From Lingula anatina (taxonomy: Eukaryota > Animalia > Brachiopoda): a stretch of 64,000 nt of DNA. Positions 12,333-26,483 of the stretch are shown here, piece after piece. Location: positions 19,906,848 through 19,970,847 of the forward strand of contig CM120643.1 in NCBI GenBank assembly GCA_051362555.1, given 5' to 3'. The notes beneath the pieces were generated by a model. That model was not told where the DNA came from. It saw only the letters and a program-made list of their open reading frames with translations, and searched no databases. The position numbers were made by a program, and so were the translations under genes. Position 1 is the first letter of the stretch. Each line of letters opens with the position of its first letter.

Positions 12333-15300
12333 TTATAATTCAACTGTCACAGATGTCTGTTTCATGGCATTGTAAATGTAAGTGTTGTTCATTGGTACAA
12401 ACTGTCCTGTAATGATTTTGATTGCCTCTTGGGCTGCAACGCCACCTAGGAATGAGGCAACAGAGTGGATCTCCGCAGCACCATAACGACACCTAGAAAG
12501 AAATTAATATTTTATGTAGCAAATATAAGAAATCAGCAGAAAGACAATGTTATCTTTGTTTGATTTTAGCAAGTGATAGACGCATGCACTGTACTTACAT
12601 TTCATGAACAAAGTCATCTTTGATGTTATATACATTCCCGTACTCATGTAACAACTTGGCAAGGCAGGTCTGCAATGAAATGGTAGTTATTAAAAACCTG
12701 CATAACATTCAGTGTAATACAAAGAAATATATTGGATATTCAACTGGAAAAGCAAGCCTCGGACATCCATGTGGAACATTCGATTCAAACTGGCACACTT
12801 GCTGGCAACATGATTGTGCAGTAATGGCAAAAACTTACAATTATAGTTTCCATTCAAAAAATGCCATACCATGTAAAAAAAAGGATAAATGCAATTTTCA
12901 ACAATGACACTTTAAATTCAATTGTGCTGACAAAAGTTTCAATTTTTATTCAAGAATGTAATATGAACATACCTTCAAGGAAAAAGGTTTATGTAAAATA
13001 TAATAGAGAAAGATAGGCTGCCAAAAATACTCTTAGAAGTTATCTAAGGCATAATAATTAAAAGGACTAAAATTACTGTTTGCAGCAATATTGCAGCAAA
13101 TTTGCTGCTAATTCACCGCAAATTTGCAGCAGACCTATTGTATTGCTAAGGAAATGGCTACCTTAAGCTTTGGAATGTCTGCCTCCACCTGGTCATCATA
13201 CACTCCAGGGTAACGGTTAAAGTCTGCATAAAACTTATCCACTGCTCGCAGAAGGATGTACCATATTGCATCATCTTCGTCTGACTCCTCGATGTTCCCC
13301 ACTAAAAATATATACACAGGGTGCAAATTATTAGCATGGAAAACTGAATAAAAAAAGAACTCCTCAATGTTCCAAAATAAAATATACGTAGAATTAGAAA
13401 TTATTGTCATGAAAAACTCTGAGGAACATTTTGAAAACACTTCTTTTTTTTTTTTAAATGCCCCAGTCAATTTCAAAGAATTCCTCATTCACACTAAAAC
13501 AATGATAAATATCAGTCAATGTTTTTTTTTTTCCTAGTCCTACCTAGTTCTCCAATCTTGGCTGTGGCCGGGTCGTACTCCTGAGCTATAGAGCGGTACT
13601 GAAGCACGCGGAGAAAGGAGGCATTGCGACCTAAAAGTGTCAAAAATTAAAATGTCTTTAGTTAAAACATCAAATACACCCTGCCAGAGAAGAATTTTCA
13701 TTCACTGAATAACCCAACTGTACTTATCAACTTATAAACTGACCTCAAAATGTAATGAAAGAAGCAAAAAAAAAAAAAAAAATGTTTTTTTAATACCTAA
13801 ACCATCTGGAACTGTTGTAAATTTTGGACTGAAAATTTGAGAATGAACAAGTATAGAAGAGGGTTAACAGTACATTTATTTGAAAATGATTTGTGAGACC
13901 AAGATACCCATTGTTTCAAAGGGAAAGGATGAAGCAACTTAACATTATTATCTTTACATTTCTTAATTTTTATTTTTGGATAACTCTGCAGTCTTTAGAT
14001 CCACACTGCTGGTTTTCACTGTTTACCAGATGACATGAGACCAAGACAGATCAGTATCAATTAGACTTAAGTATTTTAATTGAAGCTTAAAAGTGGGTTA
14101 ACACTTTAAAAAAGAAGAACGAGTGTATAACACTGTTGAGTATTCAGTTTCATGCAAACTCTCTTTTCCCCATTCAGTTCATGCAACAAAAAAAATTGTC
14201 AATAATTTGTTCCAGATGTCTCTGGTGTTTCTCACTTACAGAAAAGTTTCACATCTGCTTCAGTGATGGTGTCTTTGGACTGCAATAAGAAAAAGGAAGC
14301 TGTTTAATACTAGTGTCTGTGTAAGTATATGTACAATGTACATGTACATAATGTCATGCAAAATAACATCACTATATGCAAAATAGACTGCAAAGTGCCC
14401 TTATAACCAGCAGCAACAAATGCAATTAAAAAACTTGGAATTGGGAATGATATGACAGGTATATTACTGAACAGAAAACGGCTAAAACAGTGGGACCCAT
14501 TCAAAGCACTCCCCCCCCCCTCCCCCCTATAGACCTGGTAGCATGTTCCCATACATTCAATCTACAATAAAGGAGACTAGCCACAGTGGCAGGGTTGGGT
14601 GGAAGGGGGAGATCTGATCCATCCATTGCCATGCCATTTGTTCTGTTTTCATCATTAAGAACATGTAGGAATGACTAGCATCTCCGTGCAACATGCAAGG
14701 CATGAAAACATGGCTGCCAATATCACACTCATTGTTTCCACACACCAGCATGCAAACACGGACACAATTTGTTTTTTTTTTTTTTTTTTCTTTTTAAATT
14801 TGACCTGTACATCTATTTCTTTTTAGAATTTGACCTGTAAATCAACCCTGTTGATGACCTCAAATTTAACATTTAGAAAACATTACAAAGTAAACGAGCA
14901 AATCAATACATTTCACATGCACTTTCAGTTCCCCTGCCATGAAAAGCACTGAAATGAGAACATTAATGAGGACATAAAAGTGGATTTATACAATTTTCTG
15001 GTTGTTTATTTTGGAAGACAATCAGAATTTCTCAGAAAGGCATTTTAATCACACAAAATGAGTAATTGATGTTTTACATATTGTCATTGGAAAGTTGACA
15101 GTCTGGATAAATACTTCTAGTATTATAGCTGTTTGTGCCCACTCCCAAGAGGCTGATCTGATATTGTTCTCAAGCTGATAGTGTGAATTGAAAGATCTAT
15201 TATGATATATTTATAACACACGTTAGACAGCAGAAGAACCATATCAAAGAAATATGTTAACCAGAAAATTACCCAGGTACATCAGCCAAAAATAAAAAAT

Positions 15301-18300
15301 ATACAACAGTATATTTATTCACTTTTGGTGCTTTTGTCACAATATAGTTAGGAAACAAAAATGTTTTCTAACTGAATATGTTTATACCAATGACATTTTC
15401 TAAAGCTGTGGAAATCAAGCCTGTTAGTGCGAAACTGCAGTTAGTAGTAAACAGTAGAAAATCAGTAAAAGGGCATGCATCCAAATTCCAATGTCCACCA
15501 GTTGAAAGGATGAGTACTTTTTAGAAAAGTACTTACTTTTTCAAATAATTAAAAATTATGAAACAAAAGCAGCCTGCACCCATATACCTTCTTTTAATTG
15601 GCAACATTCCCAGGCTGTGTTCACATGAAGATCAACTTAGGCCAGAAAATGTCTAACTGACATCATCAGATGTTCATATTTCAACAAGTGTCAGCTAGGT
15701 TCCGATGGTTTCACAATCTGAGAATGGTTCCATGGAATCTTCATTCAGTAACAATTATCATTACTGTTATTTGATGATATTTATTTCATTTACTCACACA
15801 GTTAAAATGGGGATTGAAGAAGTGAAACCTGTAAGAAGTTGTCCAGGAATGAAGATTTCTTGAAACTGACTCCTTGTTGCCTGATGAAATAAGTTAAACT
15901 GTATGACTGTTTTCAGTGCCAATTTAGCAAAAAGATTTTAGACTCAATCCAGGAAGTTGACAGTTTGGTTTCAGTTGAGTCCTGTAAATGTATGTCATTC
16001 TTCTCAAACTCATGGATAGCATAGTGTGTGGGGGCTAAAGTGTAACAAACCATTTTATTCTAGGCCATTTTTGTGAAATTGGCACCGAAGGAAGGATATT
16101 TCTGTGAACACGACCTTATCCTCCACCAACACAAGCTGAGATAAATAATATCTGATCACTTGTAACTAAGTGGCCAGTGGTCCCCATTCAAGAGAAAAAT
16201 GAATCCATTGACAAATATTTTCATAAACAGATATACTCAATGTATATAAAAAAGGATGTTTGAAGACTTTTTGCCAGACCAATAGGAGCAGGTTTCATAT
16301 AGCCAGTTTAGATAACAATTGTCACATGTAACATACTGTTGGAGGAGTTTTAGGTGGTTACCATGGGAACTAGTAATAATAATAATAATGCCTTTAACCA
16401 ATAAATTGAAATTAGTTGTAGGCCTACACTAGCTATGTTGTTGTTGTTTTGGCTTTGGCACCGGCTTTTCATGTCTGTGGGAACAGGCTCCCCCTGTCAA
16501 CAAAAAGAAAGATTTTGAGAGAGTTAAAGCTTTATTGCCGATATAAATATCAGCAACATGAAAGAGAAGTTTCAGAAATAATTCAAAGAAGGAAATCTAT
16601 GAAATCAATACTAAATCAACACTGTCCTATTCCTAAAAGAAAAAAATCCTTCTGTTTTTTTCACAGCTATAAAATGAAAAACTTCAAACTGAAGGAGTGA
16701 ATGCTTTCTGAAAACTTCCCCCAATGCAAAAAAGCTTTGTCTACATTTACAAGACAATATTTTTGAAATTCATTAAAAATGGAACAGGTCGTGGTGATAT
16801 CTAATAAAACCCTAGGAAAAAACATTTGACAAGTGCAGACAGAATCACAAAAAATGTGAACGTCCCCATACAAATGATTCTGTCTCAAAGGCATAGGGGG
16901 TCAATCTTTTTTGTGCCAAAATACAACTGAAACACCAGAACCATCAGTTGTAGAAAAATAAAGTTCACATAAGTATAATATATTTGAAGCACCATCAAAC
17001 AGGGTTTCCTGAGAAATTTTAAAAACGCCAATAGTTCATCCTCTATGCCTTTACTATTCAAATCATTTGACATAAAAAGCCAGCACACTGATGATAAATA
17101 AAATAAATGAAGAGATAAGGACTGGTAATAAGCCCTGTTTCCAGTCAAATTAAAGCAACCTATTCTCTCTGCGTGACCCACTTGGAAGACTAAGCGTTCT
17201 GAGTTCACCACTGGCAGAAAAAAATTATAGGTTTTGTTGTTCCATCCACTGTTGTATACATAGAAGTTAGCTGAATTAGCTTTATGAAGTAATCATAATC
17301 AGTTGGTTTGCTGTGATGAGCCATAGACACATTTCACATGGAGCAGTATACTTTAACAATACAGTACCAGTACACTTTGAGAGGATGTAAAATGTAGTTT
17401 TGCAACAGGGGGGGTTATTTGCTTTCACAAGTGTGATTCACACTGGTTTTGTGAAAGTTGACTGACTGTGTCACCTTTTTTCACTATCTCACATTATAGT
17501 AAGGCTATTCGGTTCTGAATCTCTCAAAGCATACCAGTACAGACTGTTCCACATAAAGTTTTGATGTAAAAAGGGCCATGAAATAAGGTTGATCTAACTT
17601 CAATGGAAACATGGCTTTAAAATAAAAGACGGTTGCAGAGCTACTTTAACTTACCTTGTGAAACCGTTTTTGAGATGTATAATTTATGTTCATCAGTCTG
17701 TGCTCAAAAATGCATGCCAGATCTACTTCAAAGACTAACTTTCAAGCCTAAACAACCTCTAACTGCTCAGTCAAATAGCCCACATACTCCAGGGACAGAT
17801 CCAGCCTTCTTAAGAAAAACTGAATCCATACATAAAAAACACCCATTTTTTCGCATAATAAAAATGTGCCTCTGTAGAATCCTGATCATCTTCCAAAGCC
17901 TAAAGACCTCTCCACCCCCTGCACCCATCATGCACATAAAAACATATGCATGCAGCCTGTATTTATTTACTTACCTTCCCCAATGACTGCAGTAGCTGCT
18001 GGACTCTGTTCGCCACCCACTCTGCCTCTACAGCAGCCTGCTGGCGGTACACCTGCTGTAGCTGAATGTACCTCTCTGAGTCCGCAGTCATGTCTGGGAT
18101 GGTTCCTCTCAGTGGGAGGGCACCTGCATGTACAGCATGTATTTTCAATGTGGCAGAATTAATGGGTGCACTCAGATACCTAATAGTGTGTAGTTCAAAC
18201 CTGAGATGGCATGAGAGCATGTCACCAAATGCATTGGATTGGGATGTAGAATCTAAAATATTTCATTTCCGTGGGTGGACATTTGTATAGCTTTAAAGAA

Positions 18301-21300
18301 AATTTCATACAATAAGATTTACAGATGTAAGAGGTATTTAATATAATAAATGAAATTTACAGAATTTATAGAAAAAATAACTTGGCAGAATTCACACTGA
18401 CAGCAGGCCCAATAACCATCTAATATTCAAATGACACACAAAAACATTCACATTTTGATGGAGGGGCAAAGTTTAATAACTGCAGACAGGAGTCACATGA
18501 TGGAAAGGTCAACTCAAAGAACATAAGATAATGGAAAATCTAATTCAACTGAATTATTCATTCCCTTATACAATATACAACTGACACATTATTTTTTAAG
18601 TTATATTGATTCCATATATAAAGCAATATAATCTACCAAGAGATCTATCCAATACATAAAAATCATAAACTTTTTTCTAACATTCCAGTAGAATTTGGGA
18701 TCACGAGCACTCACCCTCTCCCACACTCTCCACAAAGTCTTTCACAGCTCTTGCTAGTATCCAGAAAGGCTTGCTCTACAAAGTAAAATCAAGGTTTACT
18801 GTATTATATTATATTATACCATTCAGTAGAATATTAACAAACATCTATGTAAATACATACTGTGATTTCTATGTATTCTTACACTAAAGCCAAATCTTCA
18901 GATGATTATAGCCCTCTTATGTACTCATTTGTATTTGTGTAAGTATAATTTACACAAATTTCAAACACCTTCCACTAATTCTAATAACTCATGTTTTATA
19001 AGTTACATAAATCATTATAAAATAGTTACTCATAGAGCCCATTTCCATAGATTTTAGATCGATCTATCCCTGTGGGGAGTCTCACTAGATTACTGTCAGC
19101 TTAGCCGGCTTAAGCGTCTGTCCCGCCTACTAAAAGCTGTAAGGGGGTAATTAACTATGGTGCGCGCTCGGCTGACTGCAATTTAGCGTGAACCCCCAGG
19201 GAGTTAGGTGGATCTAAATCTTAATCCCTGGATCGATCTAAATCTCTGGGAATACACCCATAAAAACAAACATAATGACCTTGTCTAGCATGCTTTCCAG
19301 GGCCTTCAACTTTATTTTTCAGAAAGACCAACATGACAGTTTTAGAAAATATTTTTGTTCAAAATTATCATATCAAAATTAAGTATATATACCAACATAC
19401 CTCTGGTTGTAAATTTACACACTCACTGTCATTGAATATATTCTGTACTGCAGATGGGATCTACAATGAGTGAAATATCATAATAATGAAAACAGCAGAA
19501 GCTGAATATAAAACTATGCATTGTACATTTACTGAAAAGTTGTTTCTTAGATGAAAAAGCCAATAAAAATAGATGTAAATTAATCAATTAATGAACATAT
19601 GAAACTGAAAAAGAAAAAAGTTGGGATCCCATTGGTGGTTCAAATGAAGGTTCTACTTACTGAGGTGGGAACAAGAGACACATTAACATTATTTATAGCC
19701 TCATCAAAATTCTCTTCCACTTCGGGAACACCTTCCTCATTCCTTAAAACTCCTGGAAAAAAATGATATCATGAAAATATTCAACTGGGACTAGGAATAT
19801 CAAATGTTTCATTGATTGATCAAATCTGAACTGGTATTAAAGAGTTTTAAGTTACTTTAAAGGAATATTAAGTCAGCCAAAGCCAATTTTTGCCAGTAAA
19901 TATAAATAGCCATAAAGTGAGAAAATCTTGCCTTCATATTGTCATGCATCCAAACAACTTTATATGAAAAAAAAACAAATATCACACATATTCAAACCTA
20001 AAACAACAACAAAAAATCAACTGAAAGAAACTGATTCATCTCTCCTCTTCATCGACAGCTTTTTTTTTTTTTTTACTCTACCTTGCTGAATGAGTTTCTT
20101 GAATTCATTTTTCTCCTTGTAGTTTTTGGGGGCAGCTCCACCATGCTGAAATAGATTTAGAAATTGGTAAATAAGTATAGTGAAAGGGAATGTAAAATAC
20201 ATATTTTTTTTTTTTAATTTAGGGAATGACTGCAGTAAAATATATAATTCACATATCTAAAATCGGACTCAACACTGAATCAAAAGGGTCTTACCTGTTC
20301 TTTCCAGATTTGTAAATACTTGAAAATTATGACTAACCAGGGAGTATGGCTGTGATCCTGGAGAAGAAATAAAATTTAGCTACATTTCTCTTCACACACA
20401 CTCACTCGCAAGCAGGCATGCATGCACATACACACATTTACCAAACAGCATGTTTGTGACTGTGTATGCATGATGTGTATATATTAGATGAGATTTTCCA
20501 GAGCTTAATATTCTAAAAATATCAAATTTAAATTTTATTTTCTTTATGCACTTTGATAAACATCAGTAACCAGCATACACAGAAATAAGACAGACTTTCC
20601 TTCTGTGCATTACATTTTTATTCCAATGGAAACCAACTCTTTGATAACATAAAGTCTAAACCCGTCCCCATGTAAAGCATGGTCTCACCTTCTTTTTCAT
20701 AGTGCTGAGATCCAGTGAGTCACAGTACTGAGTCAACCCTGGGAAAGGCCGATCTAGTCTTAAGTCTTCATGTGCATTGTCTGGGTGAGATTCTATCACT
20801 GTAATATTCAAATATAGCTCATCTTATAAAGCGAACTTGTGGTTCAAAAAATGTAAAATTATATTTCTTCTTAAATAAATCTATCACATTATTATTCCTA
20901 AAGACATATCAGTCCATCCCTTACTTTGGGAGAACTCTAAGTTGGTATTTACTAGCACATGTTTATAATAATAAACAGATAAAACAAACCAAACAAAACA
21001 AATAGTGAATATTCAATAATTTGAATAAATCTCTCCCAGACCTCCCCTGTGATTCCTCATAAACAATGGTGACATTTTTCATTTCAACCAAATAACTCAA
21101 TTTTCACCACTCTCAATAATTTGACTAGACTCCCTAAAACTTGATCTTTTTTTTTCCTTTAGCATATTATCTATCTGTATAGTACTCTCAAGACTAAATT
21201 TTAGGCACCAGCATTCCCCCTCCATCTGTTTCCCCACATACCAGTGTGTTCTCTTGCCACTAGTCTTATAGAGCCAATGAGACCATATGCACGCACCACC

Positions 21301-24300
21301 ATAAGAGGGATATCCTTTTCCCACAGATGACTAGATAGTTTGTGTAATACCCTGTAACAGTAACGACATACTTAATATTACTACAAAATGTTGACAAGGG
21401 GGGGGGGAATGACAGCTACAACAAATACAGGCAAACGTATGTTTAAATATATTTTCAAATATACTTTTAAAATCCAGAAAACAGGCAACTTCAAAATTTT
21501 TACCACATAAATTTACAACTTAGCAAACAGTCAATTTTGTGACCAATAAGCTAATACAAGTTTTAACCCAGAACCTTTGTGCAATACCTACTCAGGCCCG
21601 TAGCCAGAAATTTCAAAGGGGGGGTTCTTTTTCTGAAAAAGTGGACCTTTTACCATATAACCCCCATGTACCTAGGTCAAATTTTACCCAGAGTGGACCT
21701 TTTTCCAGCAAAAAGGGGGGTTCTTTCGAACCCCCCGAACCCCCCCTGGCTACGGGCCTGCTACTAGATTATAATGTGCTGTTTTTAAAAATCTAAATCC
21801 ATACCTCTCAGGCAAGTCTACAGCTACTACAATTGTAAATGTGTCAAAGAATTCTGGGTTCCTTTCAAGCAGCAGTTCTGGGCTCTGAAAAAATAAAGCA
21901 GCCAGGTTAACACATGGTGCTGAAATGTTTCAGTTTGATTATAGGAAAAATTTTGATAAACAACATGATTGTTTAAGTGTCTGGTAAGAATGATAACTTG
22001 GCAGGTTATTAATAGTTGAGGGTATATATATCACATTTCCAATAACAGTAAAAACAGAAATTTAGAACAAACTCAAAGACATGATAAAAACTTTCACAGC
22101 AGTTTCATATAGAATATGGCTTGATGCTAAGGGGGATTGTGCTGAAATTTCCAGGAAAATAAATATACTTTTATTTAATTCTCACCTCTTCCATGAAGTT
22201 TCCTGTCACATCTTCATTTAGTTCCAGCAGGAGATCTGTAGCCACCTGAGCACGTGACTGAAAAGAAACAAAATTGTATACAAAAATTTAAATAAAAACT
22301 GTTAATATTTGATTAATTTTAAAATAGATATATTTGAAATTTACACTTTAAACAAACCCTTTAATAAATATTTTCCAACTGGTGCAGACTGCAGTATTTA
22401 GCGCAACTTCAAGTCATTTTTATTACAAATTCAATTTCTTTCCTTTTGGAAATTACCTGATACTCTAAATGGTCACATTTAAGATAATAAAAAACAAAAA
22501 AAAGTTTTAATCTTTAATATGCATATTTACCTCTCCAATCTTGTCTTTGTCAAGAAAAAAACTGAAAAAAAATTATACTTTCAGTTATATTTTTCAGTTT
22601 GTAATCATCTATCAATATATTTCATTTACAAGTATACAAATAATCAAAATTATAGTTTATAAGAGCAATAAACCTATTAACAAAAAAAAATCTGACATTG
22701 TCTGTATGCCACAGGCAACACCTGAAGTTTGTTCACATCATGATCAGAGAAAATATTTCCAGTCTAAGTTAGTCTAGTGGTGAATGTGGCTGTGGAAGTC
22801 ACCATAGTGTACAGTACTTACTTGTTGCCTACATCCTCTCCTGTCACCTTCTTACCATCCACTATGGTGAAGGAGCCAACACCTTGATGAAATTACAAAA
22901 TTCAATCTGATTAAATAATGTCCGACTCTATACATACTAGTATGGATACCATGAAGGACTTAATTAAAATACTTTTAATATATTTAAAATATTTAAAAAT
23001 AACAAGAATCATCTTTAGTAAAAGAAGTAATTACATATTAAAAACTTGTCAATTAAATTGCATTTTTTTTCACAATGACAAAGACAACAGATATTATGCG
23101 ACACTGATACTTATTCAATATAAGTGACAAATGTTAATATTCACACACCTGGTAATATCAGGTTTTTCAAAATTTCTGTCCCTGTTGCCGTGGCATTAAT
23201 AAGGCAAACTTTGGCAGACTCTAATGCACACTGGCCATGATCACCCCATAACCTGCAAGTGAACTAACCAAATTAATATTCAACTCTCCACTAAACCACA
23301 TATTATGAAATATAATACTAGTGGTACAGGCCTTTGGAACTGAACTGGTGTCAAAACTTGAAACAGAACAAAAGAATCACTGCCCCATGAAAAAATGGTA
23401 ATCCATAGCTTTGTGTAACATAAGGCCACACTTTTTTAATTTTATGGATGACATCCTGTGCGCGCACCGATTTTCGTCCGTTCTCAAAAATAAACCCCCC
23501 CCCCAAAGGAAGTCGGTTGTCGCAAACGTCGTGATTGAATTTGCCGGAAAATGCAATCGGCAATCCTCGGATAATTCCGCAAGCTCCATGCTGTCATTGT
23601 CGACTGCGGAGACATCCGAGTAGTTCCGAGTGCGGAAAATGAGCTTTCAGCGCATGCGTATTATCACCACGTGGAAATATGGCCGCTTTGCTGTCAAATT
23701 CATCTCTAGCATTAATTTCAAAATACACGACAATTAAAGTCATAAAGAGAATGGGGGCCGTCGTTTTGGATTGGTTTGCCATTGATATTGGACATGGAGA
23801 TATCACCTTTTTACAATTATACGAAAGGCTGGCCGCGGCCAGCGATCATCGCCCGGAAAATTTCAGTGACATTCTGTCTAAAGCAGCACATAGACTTACC
23901 AGGGTTTTTTTTTTTTTTTGTAGCGAAAAAAGGGTCGACAAGAGCGTCGTGGTATTTGGTGGACTGAAGGTCGGACAGGCCACCCGATAGTTGGCTGTTA
24001 CGTGTGAGTCGAAGTAGACAAAATGGCATCGACCGAAATTACCTTTTTTAGATTTGGTAGTAGGAAGCAAAGGCCTATCTTTGCTTCATTTTTTAACAAT
24101 TCTGTGAAGTGTTTACAATGCTTAAATTTTCTGAGAGTACAAATAAAGACGCTGTTTATTTGATATTTGTTTTATTGATTGCTATACCAACAGAATGCAT
24201 GAAATAACCTTAAATACATTTGGTAATATGCAGCATATATATATTCATGACTTTTTACCTTTCTACGAAGAAGGCCCTATTCACAATGCTTTAATATTTT

Positions 24301-25169
24301 GAGAGCATGGATAAAGACATGTTGTTAGTTTGATACGTGTTTCTGTGGTAAATTAGTGTTTCCAGCTGTGTACTGAAAACATAACTTTTCTTAAGCAGTT
24401 TTTTTTTTTTTTTTTTTTTTTTTGGACTGTTTTTTTTTTTCGCCCGCTCGTACCGATTTTGGGGTCCCCAGAGGATGTCATCCATAAAAATAAAAGAGTG
24501 TGGCCTAATCCTTAACTTCTGATGTATTCCCGACTATATGAAATGGTTATAGAAAGTAAAGCCCGAGAGAGCAACATCAGGATCTGAAGGAGACGTTTAT
24601 CATATGGAGATAAGCCTCATGCACCGGCATCGATATATGTTGAAATTTGCGAGCACCAAGTTTTTCTTTCATCATTAATTCTAATTTACATTTATGTCAG
24701 TAAGTCTCAGACAAATAATGTGATCTTTTGTATGTTTTCGATGATGAAAGCGCCCATTAAAGTCTATGCCGCTCTCTAGCCCAGTGACATAGTCTCAAAA
24801 TTGATCAAAATCTTCTAAGTGGGAGCTTCACATTTTTCCATTTATCAGTTGTTTTGCACAACTCGGTTTGGTAGATGTCTGCGTACGAAATTTTGGAACA
24901 CAGAGCTCAAATCGCAATTGTCCATTTAGTATCATAACATAATCTTACAATCAACTTTTCGACGCTACACTGCCCAGTAACTCTGTCAATGCAAAACAAC
25001 TTCGACTAATCGGTGCGCACAACAAGTACACCACCCCTTGTATTGTAAAATAATTATATAATAAATTATCATTAAATAGAACATTGTAAGACAACAGATA
25101 ATGAGATGGTTACCTTAATTGTCGATCATATTTACGAGTTTTATCGAGGCTTTCCTTCTCGCCAGACAT
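12333..25169 (-). CDS. NAE1: NEDD8-activating enzyme E1 regulatory subunit (APPBP1/ULA1), 19 exons, ~536 aa
   Basis: Exons (-): 25114-25169, 23149-23252, 22822-22882, 22531-22561, 22186-22257, 21805-21884, 21242-21351, 20689-20798, 20295-20357, 20082-20145, 19661-19752, 19401-19460, 18715-18775, 17975-18123, 14240-14279, 13544-13630, 13162-13301, 12599-12669, 12333-12492. Total 1611 nt, all junctions GT-AG. Diagnostic motifs: [99 protein letters not shown]. Confidence 0.96.
16889..17050. mobile_element. Degenerate AGG-ended MITE (Kolobok-like; relative at 55929-56138)
   Basis: AGGCATAGGGGG ... CTCTATGCCT ends with TTAA-like flanks. The same ends occur at 55929 and 56138. Confidence 0.45.
19035..19259. 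mobile_element. Hairpin MITE family member (relatives at 37570-37800 and partial at ~34125-34265)
   Basis: Imperfect TIRs (...TTTCCATAGATTTTAGATCGATC / GATCGATCTAAATCTCTGGGAAT...) with ATA on both flanks. It shares the core GTCTG..C.CCTACT.AAGCTG..AGGGGGTAATTAAC with the 37.6-kb copy. Confidence 0.65.
21593..21760. mobile_element. 168-bp MITE, perfect 15-bp TIRs, 5-bp TSD (decayed inverted relative at ~11170-11341)
   Basis: CAGGCCCGTAGCCAG ... CTGGCTACGGGCCTG flanked by CTACT on both sides. Located in NAE1 intron 6. Confidence 0.85.
23424..24505. mobile_element. Non-autonomous PIF/Harbinger-like DNA transposon in NAE1 intron 1
   Basis: 34-bp TIRs GGCCACACTTTTTTAATTTTATGGATGACATCCT / AGGATGTCATCCATAAAAATAAAAGAGTGTGGCC (2 mismatches) with TAA on both flanks. 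A 3-bp TWA TSD is characteristic of PIF/Harbinger. No transposase ORF. Confidence 0.8.
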
Positions 25170-25240
25170 GTTGAGAGAGGCTTACTTCCGTACCAAAGAC
25201 AAAACACAATAGACACAATGTGACGTCATGTAGGTCTGTA
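25170..25240 (-). promoter_or_regulatory. NAE1 proximal promoter/5' UTR with ETS-like and CRE motifs
   Basis: ACTTCCG (25184-25190) and palindromic TGACGTCA (25221-25228) lie immediately upstream of the NAE1 ATG. This is a motif match only. Confidence 0.35.
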
Positions 25241-26483
25241 AAGGCCTGAGAGGAGATTGCAGTGCCAGGTCAAGGTAGTTATATTCATCTTGTTATGAAT
25301 TATGCAGTTACTGGCTGATCTACATTTTACTGATGGTTGGAGAGGATAACAAGAAAAACATTAGACTTTCATTGAACAGCAAACACAAAACAGCAGAAGA
25401 GTACAATTTTACTATGCTATTCATGCATAAGAATTAAAAATACAATCTCACTCTAAGGATTTTTTCAATTTATAATTTAAGAATTCTAACTTTTGAATTT
25501 TATTTTTTTTTATATTCAGCTCACTTTGCCTGTTCATATTTCAGAGACTAACAAGTAAAAAGTCCACATAAAATCAAATAAAAAAAGACAATTACCAACT
25601 GAAATATCTACATTGATAAGACATGTTTATTTTTAGAATAAGTTGTTTATACAGTACATAGTTCCTGGACAATTCAGTAACCTGCTGTTCAACAGCAAAA
25701 AATTATTTCACTTGATCATAATTACATAACACTGACAAACTGATGGAGAAAATTCTCTCAAAACACACATACTATGTAATGATGATGCTGTATTAGGATA
25801 AAACAAATGTACTTACACTCTTAATTGGTAAAGGTAAATAATGAACTAATCTTAAATTGATAAAAATTGACTGACAGACGGCAAATAAAAATGAATCTTA
25901 CATACATTGTTTCATTTACAAATAAGCATTACTTGCAACTTTATGAGAATAAATATTTTAAATTATTGTAGGGAAAATGCATTGGATTTTCCTCCAAGTA
26001 TCATCTGTCACCTGAAACTGCTAAAAATGTTTTTGCACAATTAGACCAAATGATATTTTCTTTAAATGACAAGCGGGTAGAAGGCCAGCTTCCACAGATA
26101 TCCTGCTCTTGCATTGAATATTATTTTCATACAATATCAGCAGACAACACGTGTTGCATCTTATCTCCTTCCAGTTGAGATAAGATAAAAGTTACTTTTT
26201 GTATGTACAGTATATTTTTGTATGGCACCCCTTCATATTCTGGACGGTTCTGGGTATTAGAAATGGCATATGGGTCACATTGCCAGACATAAACAAATAG
26301 TTTTTTTTTTCTTTTAAATCCCATGTGTCACCTTCCTTCACACAAGCCTGGTAAAATGCTGGCTCTTTTTAGTATAATCTGGACAAATTTAGGCAGTATA
26401 AAATTTGAACATATCCAAATACATTGTAGCCAGTTTTCTGAAGTTTACTGACAATATTATTTAACTGGCACTGCAGTGGGCAG

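Noticed and set aside
11948-12412. Short ORFs between ATP2C1 and NAE1
   Set aside because: They lie in or overlap the NAE1 last exon and 3' UTR, with no homology or splice support.
17666-17712. Hairpin TTTTTGAG...CTCAAAAA as a SECIS or pre-miRNA
   Set aside because: The stem is short, it is intronic, it has no convincing SECIS core geometry, and there is no in-frame UGA in the neighbouring genes.
23351-24070. Cluster of overlapping 60-100 aa ORFs as a possible transposase or nested gene
   Set aside because: There are no DDE, Myb or other recognisable motifs. ORF density is explained by higher GC inside the non-autonomous element.
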